Assembly (NCBI GenBank): GCA_963708025.1
Contig: CAVPSB010000019.1
Location: forward strand, 256,001 to 320,000
Reading direction: 5' to 3'
DNA from: an uncultured Candidatus Rokubacteria bacterium
GTDB taxonomy: Bacteria; Methylomirabilota; Methylomirabilia; Rokubacteriales; DASRDR01
Length of the DNA: 64,000 nt
Shown in pieces: positions 8,549 to 22,306 of the stretch. The stretch's first letter is position 1, and each line of letters starts with the position of its first letter. The notes beneath the pieces were generated by a model. That model was not told the DNA's origin and did not search any database. It saw only the letters and a list, made by a program, of their open reading frames with translations. Made by a program: the position numbers and the translations under genes.

Positions 8549-9520
8549 TCAGCGCGGGACGGCCGGCGTCACGACGATGTCGGTCGGGCCGCCGCGGAGG
8601 AACGCCTCGACGTTCTCGACGGCCCGGTGGAGACCGGCCTCGATCACCTCGCGGGTCATCCCGGCGTTGTGCGGCGTGAGCACGACGTTGGGGAGAGCGA
8701 GGAGGGGATCGCCGGCCACGACCGGCTCCTCGTGGAAGACGTCGAGCCCCGCGCCCGCCAGCCGGCCGTCGCGCAGGGCCGCGACGAGCGCATCCCTCTC
8801 GACGAGGCCGCCCCGGGCCGTGTTGACGAGGAACGCCGTCGGCTTCATGAGCGCCAGGCGTTCGGTGCCGAGGAACCACCGCGTCTCCGCGGCCAGCCGG
8901 AGGTGGAGGCTCACCACGTCCGACTCGCGGAGGAGCGTCTCCAGGCCGACCGACCGGGCCCCGGCCGCCGCGACGCGCGCGTCGTCCCGGCGGAGGGTCC
9001 AGGCCAGGAGGCTCATGCCGAGGCCCCGGCCGAGGGCCGCCACCCGGCTGCCGATGGCGCCGAAGCCGATCAGCCCGAGCGTCTTGCCCCGGGCCTGGAC
9101 GAGGAGGCCGCGCGGCCACTGCCCGGCCCGGGTCTCGCGGTCGAGCGCCGGGATCCGCCGCATGACGGCGAGCATGAGCGCGATGGCGTGCTCGGCGACG
9201 GCATCGGCGTTGACGCCCGGCGTGTTGGTGACCATGACGCCGCGCTGCCGGCACGCCTCGAGGTCCACGTTGTCCACGCCGGTGCCCCAGATCGAGATCA
9301 GCCGGAGCCGCGCCGCGCTCTCGAGGACCCGGTCGGTGAAGTGGGCATGGGCGCGGATGTTGACGACCACCTCGGCGTCGCCGATCCGACGGATCAGCTC
9401 CGCCTCCTGGTCGGCGCCGCGCTCGGTGTGGATGGTCACGTCGCCAAGGGCCCGGAGGCGCGCCTCCGCGCTGGACCCGCTCAGCGCGGGCGGAAAATCG
9501 TCCGGAACGACGATCCGAAT
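8549..9520 (-). CDS. D-2-hydroxyacid dehydrogenase (SerA/hydroxypyruvate reductase-like); probable ATT start
   Basis: GLIGFGAIG, VNTARG, GAGLDVF.EEP, LTPHNAG; the frame extends upstream of the tracked ORF as IRIVVPDDFPP, beginning at ATT 9520. Confidence 0.88.
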   Translation of the reverse strand: MRIVVPDDFPPALSGSSAEARLRALGDVTIHTERGADQEAELIRRIGDAEVVVNIRAHAHFTDRVLESAARLRLISIWGTGVDNVDLEACRQRGVMVTNTPGVNADAVAEHAIALMLAVMRRIPALDRETRAGQWPRGLLVQARGKTLGLIGFGAIGSRVAALGRGLGMSLLAWTLRRDDARVAAAGARSVGLETLLRESDVVSLHLRLAAETRWFLGTERLALMKPTAFLVNTARGGLVERDALVAALRDGRLAGAGLDVFHEEPVVAGDPLLALPNVVLTPHNAGMTREVIEAGLHRAVENVEAFLRGGPTDIVVTPAVPR

Positions 9521-9538
9521 GGTTCCGCTTCCTCTTCT

Positions 9539-9580
9539 CCCTCTCCCCCTTCGAAGGGGGAGAGGGTAGGGGTGAGGGGG
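9539..9580. repeat. REP-like palindrome ccctctcccccttcgaagggggagaggg-taggggtgaggggg
   Basis: Perfect GC-rich hairpin in the intergenic gap, of the widespread CCCTCTCCC...GGGAGAGGG type. Confidence 0.75.
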
Positions 9581-9583
9581 TGC

Positions 9584-10810
9584 CTACGGCGACTCTGCGT
9601 CGAAGATCGCCTGCGCGGCCGCCAGCGCTTCCCCGGTGTCCGCCTTGTAGCCGAGGTCGCGGAGGGCCATCCCGAGGGCTGAGAGCGTCGGCAGCACGTA
9701 GAGCGGGCTCGCGGTCATGCCCATCGTCCCGACCCGCAGCGCGCCCTGACGCATCGGGTCGGTCCCGATGCCGGTCGAGATCAGGATGCCGTAGGCGTCA
9801 CGCATCCGCCGGGTCACCGCGCCCGCCGCGATCCCCGGGGGCGTGCGGAAGCAGGAGACCGTGTCGGAGGCGAGCGTGGGCTCGCCGAACAGATCGAGCT
9901 TGAGCCCGGCCAGCCCGGCGCGGAACGCCTTGCCGGCGATCCGGTGGCGCCGGATCCGGTGCGGCAGCCCCTCCTCGATGATCATCCGGGTCGCCTCCCG
10001 GAGCGCCTGGGTCAGGTGGGTCGGGATGGAGATCGGCTGGTTCCGGCGCGCGCCTTCCTTCACGCCCCCGCCGCGCCCGGCCGGCACCCACTGCTGCTTC
10101 CACCGGACCAGGTCGTAGGCGTAGGTGGTCGGCTTCCGCGTCCGCCGCTCCATCGACTCGAAGGCGCGGGGCGAGACCGAGACGACGGCCAGGCCGAGCG
10201 GCATGGCCAGACACTTCTGGGAGCCGGTCATGTTCACGTCGACGCCCCAGGCGTCCGTCTGGACGTCGAGCCCCGCCAGCGAGGAGACGGTGTCGAGCAG
10301 GTAGAGCGCGCCGTGGCGCCGGGCGATGTCGCCGACCTCCCCCGCCGGGTACGTGACCCCGGTGGACGTCTCGTTGTGGACGAGCGTCAGGAGCTTGGGC
10401 CGGGTCTGGGCCACCGTCCGCTCGAGCCCCGCCAGGTCGAGCGTCCGGCCCCACTCGACCTCGACCGGGGTGACCGCCGCCCCGGCCCGCTCCATGATCT
10501 CCCGCATGAGCTGGCCGAAGACGCCCGCCACCACCACCACGACCCGGTCGCCCGGCTCGACTAGCGAGCTGGTCGCCGCCTCGAGCCCGGTCCGTCCCGA
10601 GCCGGGCATCACGAGCACCTCGCCGGTCGTCTGGAACACCTGGCGGAGGTCGAGGCAGGCCGGCTCGAGGATCTCCTCGTCGAACGGCGGCTCGTACTGG
10701 ATCATGGCCGGCTGTGCCATCGCGCGGATCACTCGCCAGGGCACCTCGGTGGGCCCGGGGATCATGAGAATGGGGCGGTCGAGGCCTCGCATCCAGTGCT
10801 GCTGACTCAC
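9584..10810 (-). CDS. PLP-dependent class V aminotransferase (alanine/serine-glyoxylate family)
   Basis: LMIPGPT, VHNETSTG, DTVSSL, GSQKCL (PLP lysine), RVGTMG; GTG start at 10810 with AAGGAG SD. Confidence 0.92.
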   Translation of the reverse strand: MSQQHWMRGLDRPILMIPGPTEVPWRVIRAMAQPAMIQYEPPFDEEILEPACLDLRQVFQTTGEVLVMPGSGRTGLEAATSSLVEPGDRVVVVVAGVFGQLMREIMERAGAAVTPVEVEWGRTLDLAGLERTVAQTRPKLLTLVHNETSTGVTYPAGEVGDIARRHGALYLLDTVSSLAGLDVQTDAWGVDVNMTGSQKCLAMPLGLAVVSVSPRAFESMERRTRKPTTYAYDLVRWKQQWVPAGRGGGVKEGARRNQPISIPTHLTQALREATRMIIEEGLPHRIRRHRIAGKAFRAGLAGLKLDLFGEPTLASDTVSCFRTPPGIAAGAVTRRMRDAYGILISTGIGTDPMRQGALRVGTMGMTASPLYVLPTLSALGMALRDLGYKADTGEALAAAQAIFDAESP

Positions 10811-10918
10811 ACGCGTCTCCTTGTCATGAGGGAACAGCTCGAGCGCGACGCGTTCCATTCTATGCCACGGTCCGGGCCTTTGCCACCGGCCCCGGTCGAT
10901 CGGGCCCGGTCCGCTCGA

Positions 10919-13792
<2,874 letters not shown>

Positions 13793-13835
13793 GCCGGACA
13801 TTCCCGGGAAGCTTCGCACGATCGGCGCGACCGTG

Positions 13836-15792
13836 TCACGCTCTGCCGCCGGCCTGCTCGGCGAACGCGGCGATCTGCTCCGGCAGGCCGAACACCCGCA
13901 CGCGGTCGCCCGGTCGAAGGATGGCGTCGGGCGACGGGTTGACGATCAGGTCCCCGGCGTCGGCGCGGCGGATCGCCACGACGGTCACCCCGAACCGCTC
14001 GCGGATCCGGGCGCCGCGCAGCGACTGATCGACGATCTCCCCCGTGCCCAGCGTTACTTCCCGCACCTCGGGGAGCCGGTCCCGGTCGCCGGCGCTCCGG
14101 GTGCTCCGGCGTCTCCATCGCCTGGTGGAACCGGTCCAGGTAGGCGAGGACCCGATCCCCGGGGAGCGCCAGGTGGGCCAGGGCGTGGCGGATCAGGGCG
14201 GCCGCGCCTTCCAGCTCGGGCCGGATCACCTGAACCGCGCCCTCCCGCTCGAGCGCCTCGGCGCCCCCCCGGTCGTGCGCCCGGGCGAGGATGGGCAGGC
14301 GGGGGCCGAGGGCCCGCAGGTGCCGGACGACCAGGTGGGCGCGGTCGAGCTCGGGGACGGTGACCACCGCCAGCCGCGCGCGCTCGGCCCCCGCCGCCTG
14401 GAGGAGCGCCCGCTGGGCGCCGTCGCCGAACAGGCACGGCACCCCGCGGGTCCTCAGCCCTTTCACGATGTCGGGGTCGGTCTCGATGGCGAGGTAGCGG
14501 AGGCCGAAGGTCTCGAGCGCCTCGCCCACCGCGCTGCCGACGCGGCCGAAGCCGACGATGACCACGTGATCGCGCAGGAGCTCGGGGGCCGGGCTCTCGG
14601 CCGCCAGCCGCCGCTCGTCGGCGGCCAGGCGGGCCCGGCCGATCCAGGTCGGCGCGACGCGCACCAGGGCGGCGTTGATCAGGATGGTCAGCAGCGAGGC
14701 GGCCAGGGTGGCCGTGTAGACGTCGTGACCGACGTGACCGGCGGTGCGCGCGGCCTGCACCAGGATGAAGGAGAACTCGCCGATCTGCGTGAGGCCCACG
14801 CCGACGAGCAGGGCGGTCCAGATCGGGTAGCCGAAGAGGAGGACCACCGCCGTCCAGATGACCAGCTTCCCGACGACGACGAGGCCGACGATCGCGCCCA
14901 GCAGGGGCAGGTGGTCGAACACCGTGCGGGGATCGATGAGGGCGCCGATGGTGACGAAGAACAGCGCGACGAAGGTGTCCCGCAGCGGCAGGAGCCGCGC
15001 CAGCGTCTCGTGGGCGTAGTCCGACTCGTTGATGATGAGCCCGGCCAGGAAGGCGCCGAGCGCCAGCGACAGCCCCAGGGCCTGACTGAGAGCGGCCGTC
15101 CCGATGACCACGGCCAGCGCCACCAGCAGGAACAGCTCCTGGTTGCGGGTCCGAGCCACCCGCGTCAGCAGGGGAGGCACGAGCTTCGTGGCCAGGTACC
15201 CGAAGGGCACCAGGACGACCAGCGCCTTGCCGACGGCGGTCCCGATCGCCAGCAGCCGGCCGGGCTCGAGCGTCCCCAGCGCCGGGACGAGGACCGTGAG
15301 CACGACGACCGCCAGGTCCTCGACCAGCGAGATCCCGACCATGACGCGGCCGTGCTGCGAGTGGAGCTCCCCGCGGTCGAGGAGGAGGCGGCCCAGGACC
15401 ATGGTGCTGGCCACCGAGGCCAGGAGCCCGATGACGACCCCCTGGAGCACGCTCCAGCCCATCGCCCGCCCGACGGCCAGCGACAGCCCGACGGACAGCA
15501 CGATCCCCAGCGGGCCGCCGAGCAGCGCCACCCAGCGGACCCGCATCAGGTCGCGCAGCGAGAACTCGATGCCGATGGAGAACATGAGCAGGACCACGCC
15601 GATCTCGGCGAACAGCTCGAAGGTGTGGACGTCGGAGACCGCGGGGCCGGGCGTGAGGGGGCTGATGAGGATGCCGCCCACCACGTAGCCGAGGATCAGC
15701 GGCTGGCGGAGCCACCAGGCGAGCCCGCCGCCGAGCAGGGCGGCCAGGAACACGTAGGCCAGGTCGTGGAAGAAGTCGGGATTGGCGATCAT
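13836..15792 (-). CDS. CPA2 cation:proton antiporter (YbaL/KefC-like) with TrkA-N and TrkA-C domains; frameshift near 14075-14095
   Basis: [40 protein letters not shown]; the TrkA-C domain continues in ORF 13836..14066. Confidence 0.88.
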
Positions 15793-15879
15793 CCGCGTCC
15801 GGCGGGGCCCGGGCGACGGAGCCCCACTCGAATCCGATCATAGCGGTCCGGCCCCCCGCCGGTCCACCGCTGACCACCC

Positions 15880-15915
15880 TCGGTGCTGGCGCGGGCGAAC
15901 GAGATCATCCAGTAG
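15880..15915 (+). pseudogene. 3'-end remnant of an ABC substrate-binding protein gene (SVLARANEIIQ*)
   Basis: Matches the C-terminus LVLLRADEVIE* of the intact paralogue at 17050-17085. Confidence 0.6.
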
Positions 15916-16110
15916 CCGCCCCCGCCGAGCCACTTGGTCGGACCGCGTTAGACGCTTGACTCCTCGCGACTCGAGGAACACCCTTCGGACCATCCGAACC
16001 CGACTCACGGTCGCGCAGGGGCAACAGGAGGGCGCCGCATGGGACCGATTCGCCCGCGGTTGTCCCGCGGCCGCCCAGCGTAGAATCCCGGCCATCCGGA
16101 GGTGTCCGCC

Positions 16111-17085
16111 ATGGTGCGCCTGACTGTTGTCCTGTTCGTCCTCGCTTTCCTCTCTGGGCCGCTCGCTGCCGACCCGCGGTCGCCACGGAAGCTCGTCCGC
16201 ATCGGCATGCTCGAGAGGACGTCGCCGGTAACCAATGCGGCCAACCTCGAGAGCTTCCGACAAGGCCTGCGGGCGTTGGGCTACGTCGAGGGGAAGAACC
16301 TCGTCATCGAGTACCGATCAGCCGATGGCCACGACGAGCGTTTTCCGGGCCTGGCCGCTGAGCTGGTTGGGCGGAAGGTGGACCTGATCCTGACCAGAGG
16401 GACGCCAGCCGCCCTGGCCGCCAAGAATGCGACAGGAACGATCCCGGTGGTCATCACGGGGGTTGGCGATCCTGTGGGGCAGGGCGTCGTCGCCAGCCTC
16501 GCACATCCGGGCGGGAATGTCACCGGCCTGAGCGCCATCGTTACCGAGATATACCCGAAACGGGTCCAGATGCTCAGGGAGCTGGTTCCAAGAGCCGCAC
16601 GAATCGCGGCCCTCTTCAATCTGGGTAACCCAGCTCTCCCGCCTCAGTGGAAAGAGGTCGAGATGGCGGCGCGATCCCTCGGTATCCAGCCCCAGCTTCT
16701 CGACGTGCGAACGGCTGATGATCTGGGGCCTGCGTTCGACACCGCAGTCAGGCACCATGCCGACGCGCTCATCGTGGGGCTGGACACTCTCACGCAAGCG
16801 AACCAGCAGCTCATTGTTGACCTTGCCGCCCGGCACCGGCTGCCCGCGATGTACGCCTCTACGGAGTTTGTCGGAGGATTGATCGCCTACGGAGTGAACT
16901 ACCCTGACATGTATCGTCGCGCCGCCACCTTCGCGGACAAGATCCTCAAGGGCGCCAAGCCCGCTAGCCTTCCTGTCGAACAGCCCACGAAGTTCGAGCT
17001 GGTCATCAACGTCAAGGCCGCGAAGGCGCTGGGGCTCACGATCCCACAGTTGGTGCTGCTGCGGGCGGATGAGGTCATCGAGTGA
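16111..17085 (+). CDS. ABC transporter substrate-binding protein (ABC_sub_bind family), orphan
   Basis: LGYVEGKNLVIEYRSA, HPGGNVTG, KILKGAKPASLPVEQPTKFELVIN, RADEVIE; signal peptide; visibly lower GC than its neighbours. Confidence 0.92.
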   Translation: MVRLTVVLFVLAFLSGPLAADPRSPRKLVRIGMLERTSPVTNAANLESFRQGLRALGYVEGKNLVIEYRSADGHDERFPGLAAELVGRKVDLILTRGTPAALAAKNATGTIPVVITGVGDPVGQGVVASLAHPGGNVTGLSAIVTEIYPKRVQMLRELVPRAARIAALFNLGNPALPPQWKEVEMAARSLGIQPQLLDVRTADDLGPAFDTAVRHHADALIVGLDTLTQANQQLIVDLAARHRLPAMYASTEFVGGLIAYGVNYPDMYRRAATFADKILKGAKPASLPVEQPTKFELVINVKAAKALGLTIPQLVLLRADEVIE

Positions 17086-17145
17086 TCGGGCGCGCTGTCA
17101 GACTCGGAAGGTGCGCCTCCTGCATTCTCCACCCGAATAGGGACA

Positions 17146-19098
17146 CTACCCATCGCCATCCTCGGCCTCGACCCACCCGAGACCCGAGCGACGGGAGGGC
17201 ACCCACCCACTAATCTCGCGAACCCGCTGTCCCGTTCTTGTTGACAGGCTCCGGAGGGCGGGGCGGGTGAGGTGATACGCGACGTCGGTCACGATCACGC
17301 CGCGCCGGAACAGCAGGGAGCCCTTGATCAGGAGCGCGGTCTGGTTGTGCAGGAGGTGCTGCCACCAGCGGGCCGGCACGAACTCCGGCAGGATGATGGT
17401 GACGAGCAGATCGGGCGCCTCCCGCTGGATGTCGTCGAGGTACTCGAGAAAGGCCGAGACCACCGAGCGGTAGGGTGACCGGAGCACCACCAGGGGAACC
17501 CCGCTCGCCCACTTGGCCCAGCGGTCTTCCAGGCGCCGCCGGGCGTCCGGGTCGGTCTCGACGTACACCCCGCGCGCGCTCGCGGAGATGGTCCGCGCGT
17601 AGCGGATGGCCCCGAGCACGCCTCGATGGATGTCGCCGACCAGGACGAGGACGAGGTGGTCCGGCGGCGGCGGGTCGTCGAGATCCAGCCCGTTGACCGA
17701 GAGCTGGCCCGCGACGTCCGCGTAGTGGCGGTGGATGGCCCGGAGCCCGAGCACCAGGCCGGGGATCAACAGGATGATGAGCCAGGCGCCGTGGGTGAAC
17801 TTCGTGGTGGCGATGACGAGCGTGACGACGCCGGTCACCAGGGCGCCGGTGCCGTTCAGGGTGGCCCGCAGAGGCCACCGGGGCCCGCGCTCCCGCCACC
17901 AGAAGCGCACCATGCCGGCCTGCGACAGCGTGAACGAGACGAAGACGCCCACCGCGTAGAGGGGGATCAGGGCGTGCGTCTCGGCCCGGAACACGACGAG
18001 CAGGAGCGCGCTCAGCAGCGCCAGGATGAGGATGCCGTTCGAGAACGCGAGCCGGTCCCCCCGGTTGGCGAGCTGCCGCGGCATGAACCGATCGCGGGCC
18101 ATGAAGGACGACAGCCGCGGAAAGTCGGCGAAGCTGGTGTTCGCCGCCAGGACCAGGATCAGCATCGTCAGCGCCTGCACGGCGTAGTACAGGAGGCTGT
18201 GGTCGCCGAAGACCCGGCGGGCCAACTGCGAGTTGATCGTCTCCTGCGCGGTGGGGACCAGGCCGAAGGCGTTGGCCAGGATGGTGATGCCGACGAAGAG
18301 GGTGATGAGGACAACGCCGAGCAGGACCAGGACCTGCCGGGCATTGCGCGCCTCCGGGGGCCGGAAGGCCGGCACGCCGTTCGACACCGCCTCGATGCCG
18401 GTGAGCGCCACGCACCCCGAGGCGAAGGCCCGGAGCGCGAGGAACAGCGTCAGCGCCTCGGTCCCCGCCCCGGCCGGCGGCGGGGGCGCGGCGCCGCCCG
18501 GGGCGCCGCCCCCGCCGAGCCAGACGGCGGCGCCCCAGCCGATCATCACCAGGTAGGCCGCGATGAACGCAAAGGTCGGGATCGCGAACAGGCGGCCCGA
18601 CTCCCGGACGCCGCGCAGGTTGGCGAGGGTGATGCCGATCACGCCGAGAATGCACAGCTCGACCCGGTAGGGATACAGCGGGGGCGCCGCGGAGGTGACC
18701 GCCGCGATGCCCGCGGCCACGCTCACGGAGACCGTCAGGACGTAGTCGGTCAGCAGGGCGGCGCCCGCGACGAGGCTCGGGTAGGTCCCCAGGTTCTCCC
18801 GGCTCACGATGTACGCGCCGCCCGCGCTCGGATACGCCAGGATCGTCTGGCGGTAGGAGCCGACGACGATGGCCAGGAGGGCCGCGATGCCCAGCGAGAT
18901 CGGCACCGAGGTGTGCAGCGCGCCCGTCCCGGCCAGGACCAGGATCAGGAAGATCTCCTCCGTCGCGTACGCGCTGGAGGAGAGCGCGTCCGACGCGAAG
19001 ACGGCGAGACCGGTGGCGCGGCCGAGACGCTCGTGGCGCTCGAGCGAGGTCGGGATGGGGCGGCCGAGGAGATTTCGCTTCAGGCGCAGCAGCCACAT
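17146..19098 (-). CDS. kimA: APC-family K+/H+ symporter, KimA(YdaO)-like
   Basis: FASDALSSSAY, YPSAGGAY, DYVLTV, LTGIEAVSNG, ANTSFADFPRL, C-terminal PEF...LHNQTA domain. Confidence 0.8.
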   Translation of the reverse strand: MWLLRLKRNLLGRPIPTSLERHERLGRATGLAVFASDALSSSAYATEEIFLILVLAGTGALHTSVPISLGIAALLAIVVGSYRQTILAYPSAGGAYIVSRENLGTYPSLVAGAALLTDYVLTVSVSVAAGIAAVTSAAPPLYPYRVELCILGVIGITLANLRGVRESGRLFAIPTFAFIAAYLVMIGWGAAVWLGGGGAPGGAAPPPPAGAGTEALTLFLALRAFASGCVALTGIEAVSNGVPAFRPPEARNARQVLVLLGVVLITLFVGITILANAFGLVPTAQETINSQLARRVFGDHSLLYYAVQALTMLILVLAANTSFADFPRLSSFMARDRFMPRQLANRGDRLAFSNGILILALLSALLLVVFRAETHALIPLYAVGVFVSFTLSQAGMVRFWWRERGPRWPLRATLNGTGALVTGVVTLVIATTKFTHGAWLIILLIPGLVLGLRAIHRHYADVAGQLSVNGLDLDDPPPPDHLVLVLVGDIHRGVLGAIRYARTISASARGVYVETDPDARRRLEDRWAKWASGVPLVVLRSPYRSVVSAFLEYLDDIQREAPDLLVTIILPEFVPARWWQHLLHNQTALLIKGSLLFRRGVIVTDVAYHLTRPALRSLSTRTGQRVREISGWVPSRRSGLGWVEAEDGDG

Positions 19099-19240
19099 GA
19101 GAGACGCGCTACCCGATTTCGGGGACGATCGGCGGTCGGTGTCGAGGCATCACGCTGCCAGGCGCGCGTCGCGCGGCCCCGGCGAGCCCGATGCTACGCG
19201 CGGGCGCAAGCCCGGGCAAGCAAAATTCCCTCCGGCGATC

Positions 19241-19305
19241 TTTATGGCTTCTTTACATCGCCCGTGGCTCCTCGTGGAGTGCCGGAGATCCCGATCGGAT
19301 AGACT
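19241..19305 (+). promoter_or_regulatory. Putative KdpE box plus -10 element
   Basis: TTTATG-N5-TTTACA (19241-19257) mirrors the E. coli KdpE site TTTATA-N5-TTTACA; TAGACT at 19300-19305, upstream of kdpD. Confidence 0.7.
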
Positions 19306-19362
19306 AGGAGCGTGTCGGAGGTCGGTAAGGTGCGGCTTGCCGTGCTCGGCCTGGAGCAGCGT

Positions 19363-19429
19363 CCGAGCGCCGGCTTCGCCGGCGCAACCGAGGGGGGGAA
19401 TCGGGGGGGTCTTCCGAGACCCCCCCGAA
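19363..19429. repeat. Double-hairpin intergenic repeat, family 2
   Basis: gcgccggCTTCGccggcgc-aaccg-G run-gggggtcttccgagaccccc; second copy at 54993-55052, inverted variant at 22158-22222. Confidence 0.75.
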
Positions 19430-19442
19430 GGACCTCCCGCCC

Positions 19443-22148
19443 GTGAGCGAGCGCCGGCCCGATCCCGAGGAGTTGCTGGCGCGCGCGCGCGACGAGGAGG
19501 CGCGACGCGCCCGCGGCCGGCTCAAGGTGTTCTTCGGGGCGGCGGCCGGGGTCGGCAAGACGTACGCCATGCTCGAGGCAGCGCGCGCCCGGCGGGCCGA
19601 CGGCGTGGACGTCGTGGCTGGCTGGGTCGAGACCCACGGCCGGTCCGAGACGGCCGCCCTGCTGGATGGCCTGGAGCGGCTACCGCCGCGGCTCGCGCCG
19701 TACCGCGGGACGAACCTGCCCGAGTTCGACCTCGACGCCGCCCTCGCCCGGCGGCCCACGCTCCTGCTGGTTGACGAGCTGGCCCACACGAATGCCCCCG
19801 GCTCGCGGCACGCCAAGCGCTGGCAGGACGTGAAGGAGTTGCTGCAGGCGGGCATCGACGTCTACACCACCGTGAACGTGCAGCACCTCGAGAGCCTGAA
19901 TGACGTGGTGGCGCAGATCACCGGGGTGATCGTCCAGGAGACCATCCCCGACTCGATCCTCGAGGAGGCCGACGAGGTCGAGCTGGTCGACCTGCCCTCG
20001 GACGACCTGCTCCAGCGGCTCCGGGAGGGCAAGGTCTACCTGCCCGAGCAGGCCGGGCGCGCCGTCGAGAACTTCTTCCGGAAGGGGAACCTGACCGCGC
20101 TCCGCGAGCTGGCTCTCCGGCGGACCGCCGACCGGGTCGATGCCCAGATGCAGGACTACCGGCGCGATCACGCCATTCCCCAGACCTGGCCCGTCGCCGA
20201 GCGGATCCTCGTCTGCGTCAGCCCGAGCCCCTTCTCGGCGCGGCTGGTCCGGGCGGCGCGGCGCATGGCGAGCGGGCTCCGGGCGGAGTGGATGGCGGTG
20301 TACGTCGAGACGCCGGCGGCCCTCCGGCTGCCCCAGGCCGACCGCGACCGGGTCAACGAGACGCTGCGGCTCGCCGAGCAGCTCGGCGCCGAGACCGTGA
20401 CCCTGAGCGGCCAGCGGATCGGCGAGGAGCTGCTGCGCTACGCGCGGGCCCGCAACGTCAGCAAGATCGTCGTCGGCAAGCCCGGCGGGTCCCGTTGGCG
20501 GGAGCTCCTGTCGCGCTCCGTCGTGGACGAGCTGGTCCGGGGCAGCGGCGACGTTGACGTCTACGTGATCACCGGCGAGCGCGAGCGGGCCCCGGCGCCG
20601 TCCCGGCCCACCGTGGAGCGGGTCCCGGCGCCGGGGGCGTACGGCTGGAGCCTGGCGGCGGTGGCCCTGGCCACCGGGGTCGCCTGGCTCATGTTCCCGC
20701 ACTTCGCCCTGGCCAACCTCATCATGGTCTACCTGCTGGCGGTCGTGGTGGTCGCGATCCGGTTCGGCCGGGGCCCCTCGATCCTGGCGGCCGTGCTGAG
20801 CGTGGGGGCGTTCGACTTCTTCTTCGTCCCGCCGTACCTGACCTTCGCCGTCACGGACACCCAGTACCTGATCACCTTCGGCGTGATGCTCGCCGTGGCG
20901 ATCGCGCTCGGCACGCTCGCGGTGCGGGTCCGGCAGCAGGCGGAATCGGCGCGCCATCGGGAGCGGCGGACGGCGGCCCTCTACGCCATGAGCCGGGAGC
21001 TGGCGAGCGTCCCGGGCCTGGACGCGCTGGCCGGCATCGCCCGGCGCCACGTCGGCGAGCTGTTCGGCGGCCGGGTGGTCGTGCTCCTGCCCGACGCGTC
21101 GGGTCGGCTGGTCGAGGTGGGCGGCCCCCCGTCGTACTCGCTCGACGGGAACGAGGAGGCCGTGGGCCGGTGGGTGTACGAGCACCGCCAGATGGCAGGG
21201 CTCGGTACGGCCACGCTGCCGGGCGCCCGGGCGCTCTACCTGCCGCTCGTCGCCTCCCGCGGCGCCCTCGGCGTCCTCGGCTTCCAGCCCGCCGATCCCC
21301 GCGCGTTCACGGCGCCGGAGCCGATGCACCTGCTGGAAGCCCTGGGCGACCAGACCGCGCTCGCGCTGGAGCGCGCCAAGCTGGCCGACGAGGCCCGGCA
21401 GGCCCAGGTCCAGGTGGAGACCGAGCGGCTGCGGAACACCCTCCTGAGCTCCGTCTCGCACGACCTGCGGACGCCGCTGGCGGCGATCACGGGGGCGGCG
21501 AGCAGCCTGGTGGCGGGCGGCGAGCGCCTCGACGCCGCGACGCGTCGCGAGCTGAGCCAGAGCATCCAGGAGGAAGGGGAGCGCCTCAGCCGGCTCGTCC
21601 ACAACCTGCTCGACATGACGCGCCTGGAGGCCGGCCAGGTCGCGCTGAACCGGGAATGGCAGTCGCTCGAGGAGATCGTCGGCGCGGCGCTCGGCCGGCT
21701 CGAGACCCGGCGGGTCAGCGCCCGGCTGCCGGCCGACCTGCCGCTGATTCCGCTGGACGGCATGCTGGTCGAGCAGCTCTTCGTGAACCTGCTCGACAAC
21801 GCCCTCAAGTACACGCCGGCCGGGTCGCCCATCGAGATCGTCGCCGAGGCCGGCAGCGGCGTGGTGACGGTCGAGGTGGCGGACCGGGGCCCCGGCTTCG
21901 CGCCCGGCGACGACCAGCGCGTGTTCGAGAAGTTCTACCGCGGCCGGGAGAAGGCCGGGCGGAGCGGCGTGGGCCTCGGGCTCGCCATCTGCCGGGCGAT
22001 CGTCGAGGCCCACGGGGGCCGGATCTGGGCGGAGAACCGCCCGGGCGGCGGGGCGGTGATCCGGTTCACACTGCCCGTCCCCGGCGCACCGCCGGAGATC
22101 GCGCCGCCCGACTTCCCGCCGTCCGACCTCCCGCACGAAAGTGGCTGA
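19443..22148 (+). CDS. kdpD: K+-sensing histidine kinase KdpD
   Basis: [29 protein letters not shown], Usp domain, 4 [15 protein letters not shown]. Confidence 0.97.
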   Translation: MSERRPDPEELLARARDEEARRARGRLKVFFGAAAGVGKTYAMLEAARARRADGVDVVAGWVETHGRSETAALLDGLERLPPRLAPYRGTNLPEFDLDAALARRPTLLLVDELAHTNAPGSRHAKRWQDVKELLQAGIDVYTTVNVQHLESLNDVVAQITGVIVQETIPDSILEEADEVELVDLPSDDLLQRLREGKVYLPEQAGRAVENFFRKGNLTALRELALRRTADRVDAQMQDYRRDHAIPQTWPVAERILVCVSPSPFSARLVRAARRMASGLRAEWMAVYVETPAALRLPQADRDRVNETLRLAEQLGAETVTLSGQRIGEELLRYARARNVSKIVVGKPGGSRWRELLSRSVVDELVRGSGDVDVYVITGERERAPAPSRPTVERVPAPGAYGWSLAAVALATGVAWLMFPHFALANLIMVYLLAVVVVAIRFGRGPSILAAVLSVGAFDFFFVPPYLTFAVTDTQYLITFGVMLAVAIALGTLAVRVRQQAESARHRERRTAALYAMSRELASVPGLDALAGIARRHVGELFGGRVVVLLPDASGRLVEVGGPPSYSLDGNEEAVGRWVYEHRQMAGLGTATLPGARALYLPLVASRGALGVLGFQPADPRAFTAPEPMHLLEALGDQTALALERAKLADEARQAQVQVETERLRNTLLSSVSHDLRTPLAAITGAASSLVAGGERLDAATRRELSQSIQEEGERLSRLVHNLLDMTRLEAGQVALNREWQSLEEIVGAALGRLETRRVSARLPADLPLIPLDGMLVEQLFVNLLDNALKYTPAGSPIEIVAEAGSGVVTVEVADRGPGFAPGDDQRVFEKFYRGREKAGRSGVGLGLAICRAIVEAHGGRIWAENRPGGGAVIRFTLPVPGAPPEIAPPDFPPSDLPHESG

Positions 22149-22306
22149 GATGAACGTGAGGGGGGCTGCGCCCCCCTCCCGGACCTCCCCCCGGAGCGGA
22201 GGCGCGGGCGAAGCCCGCGCCAGGAGTGGAACACCACGGCCGCGAGGCTTGGAGGCCGCGCGTTGCGAGAAACCAGCGAGGGGCCGGACAACCGGCCGCC
22301 AATTCC

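Noticed and set aside
2997..10810. A single C1/methylated-sulfur pathway (sarcosine-oxidase-like, SBP56, aminotransferase, dehydrogenase)
   Set aside because: The genes lie in different transcription units and belong to large promiscuous families; nothing in the sequence links them.
19100..19440. c-di-AMP (ydaO) riboswitch upstream of the kimA-like gene
   Set aside because: Conserved ydaO motifs such as GCUGAAUC are not present on the minus strand.
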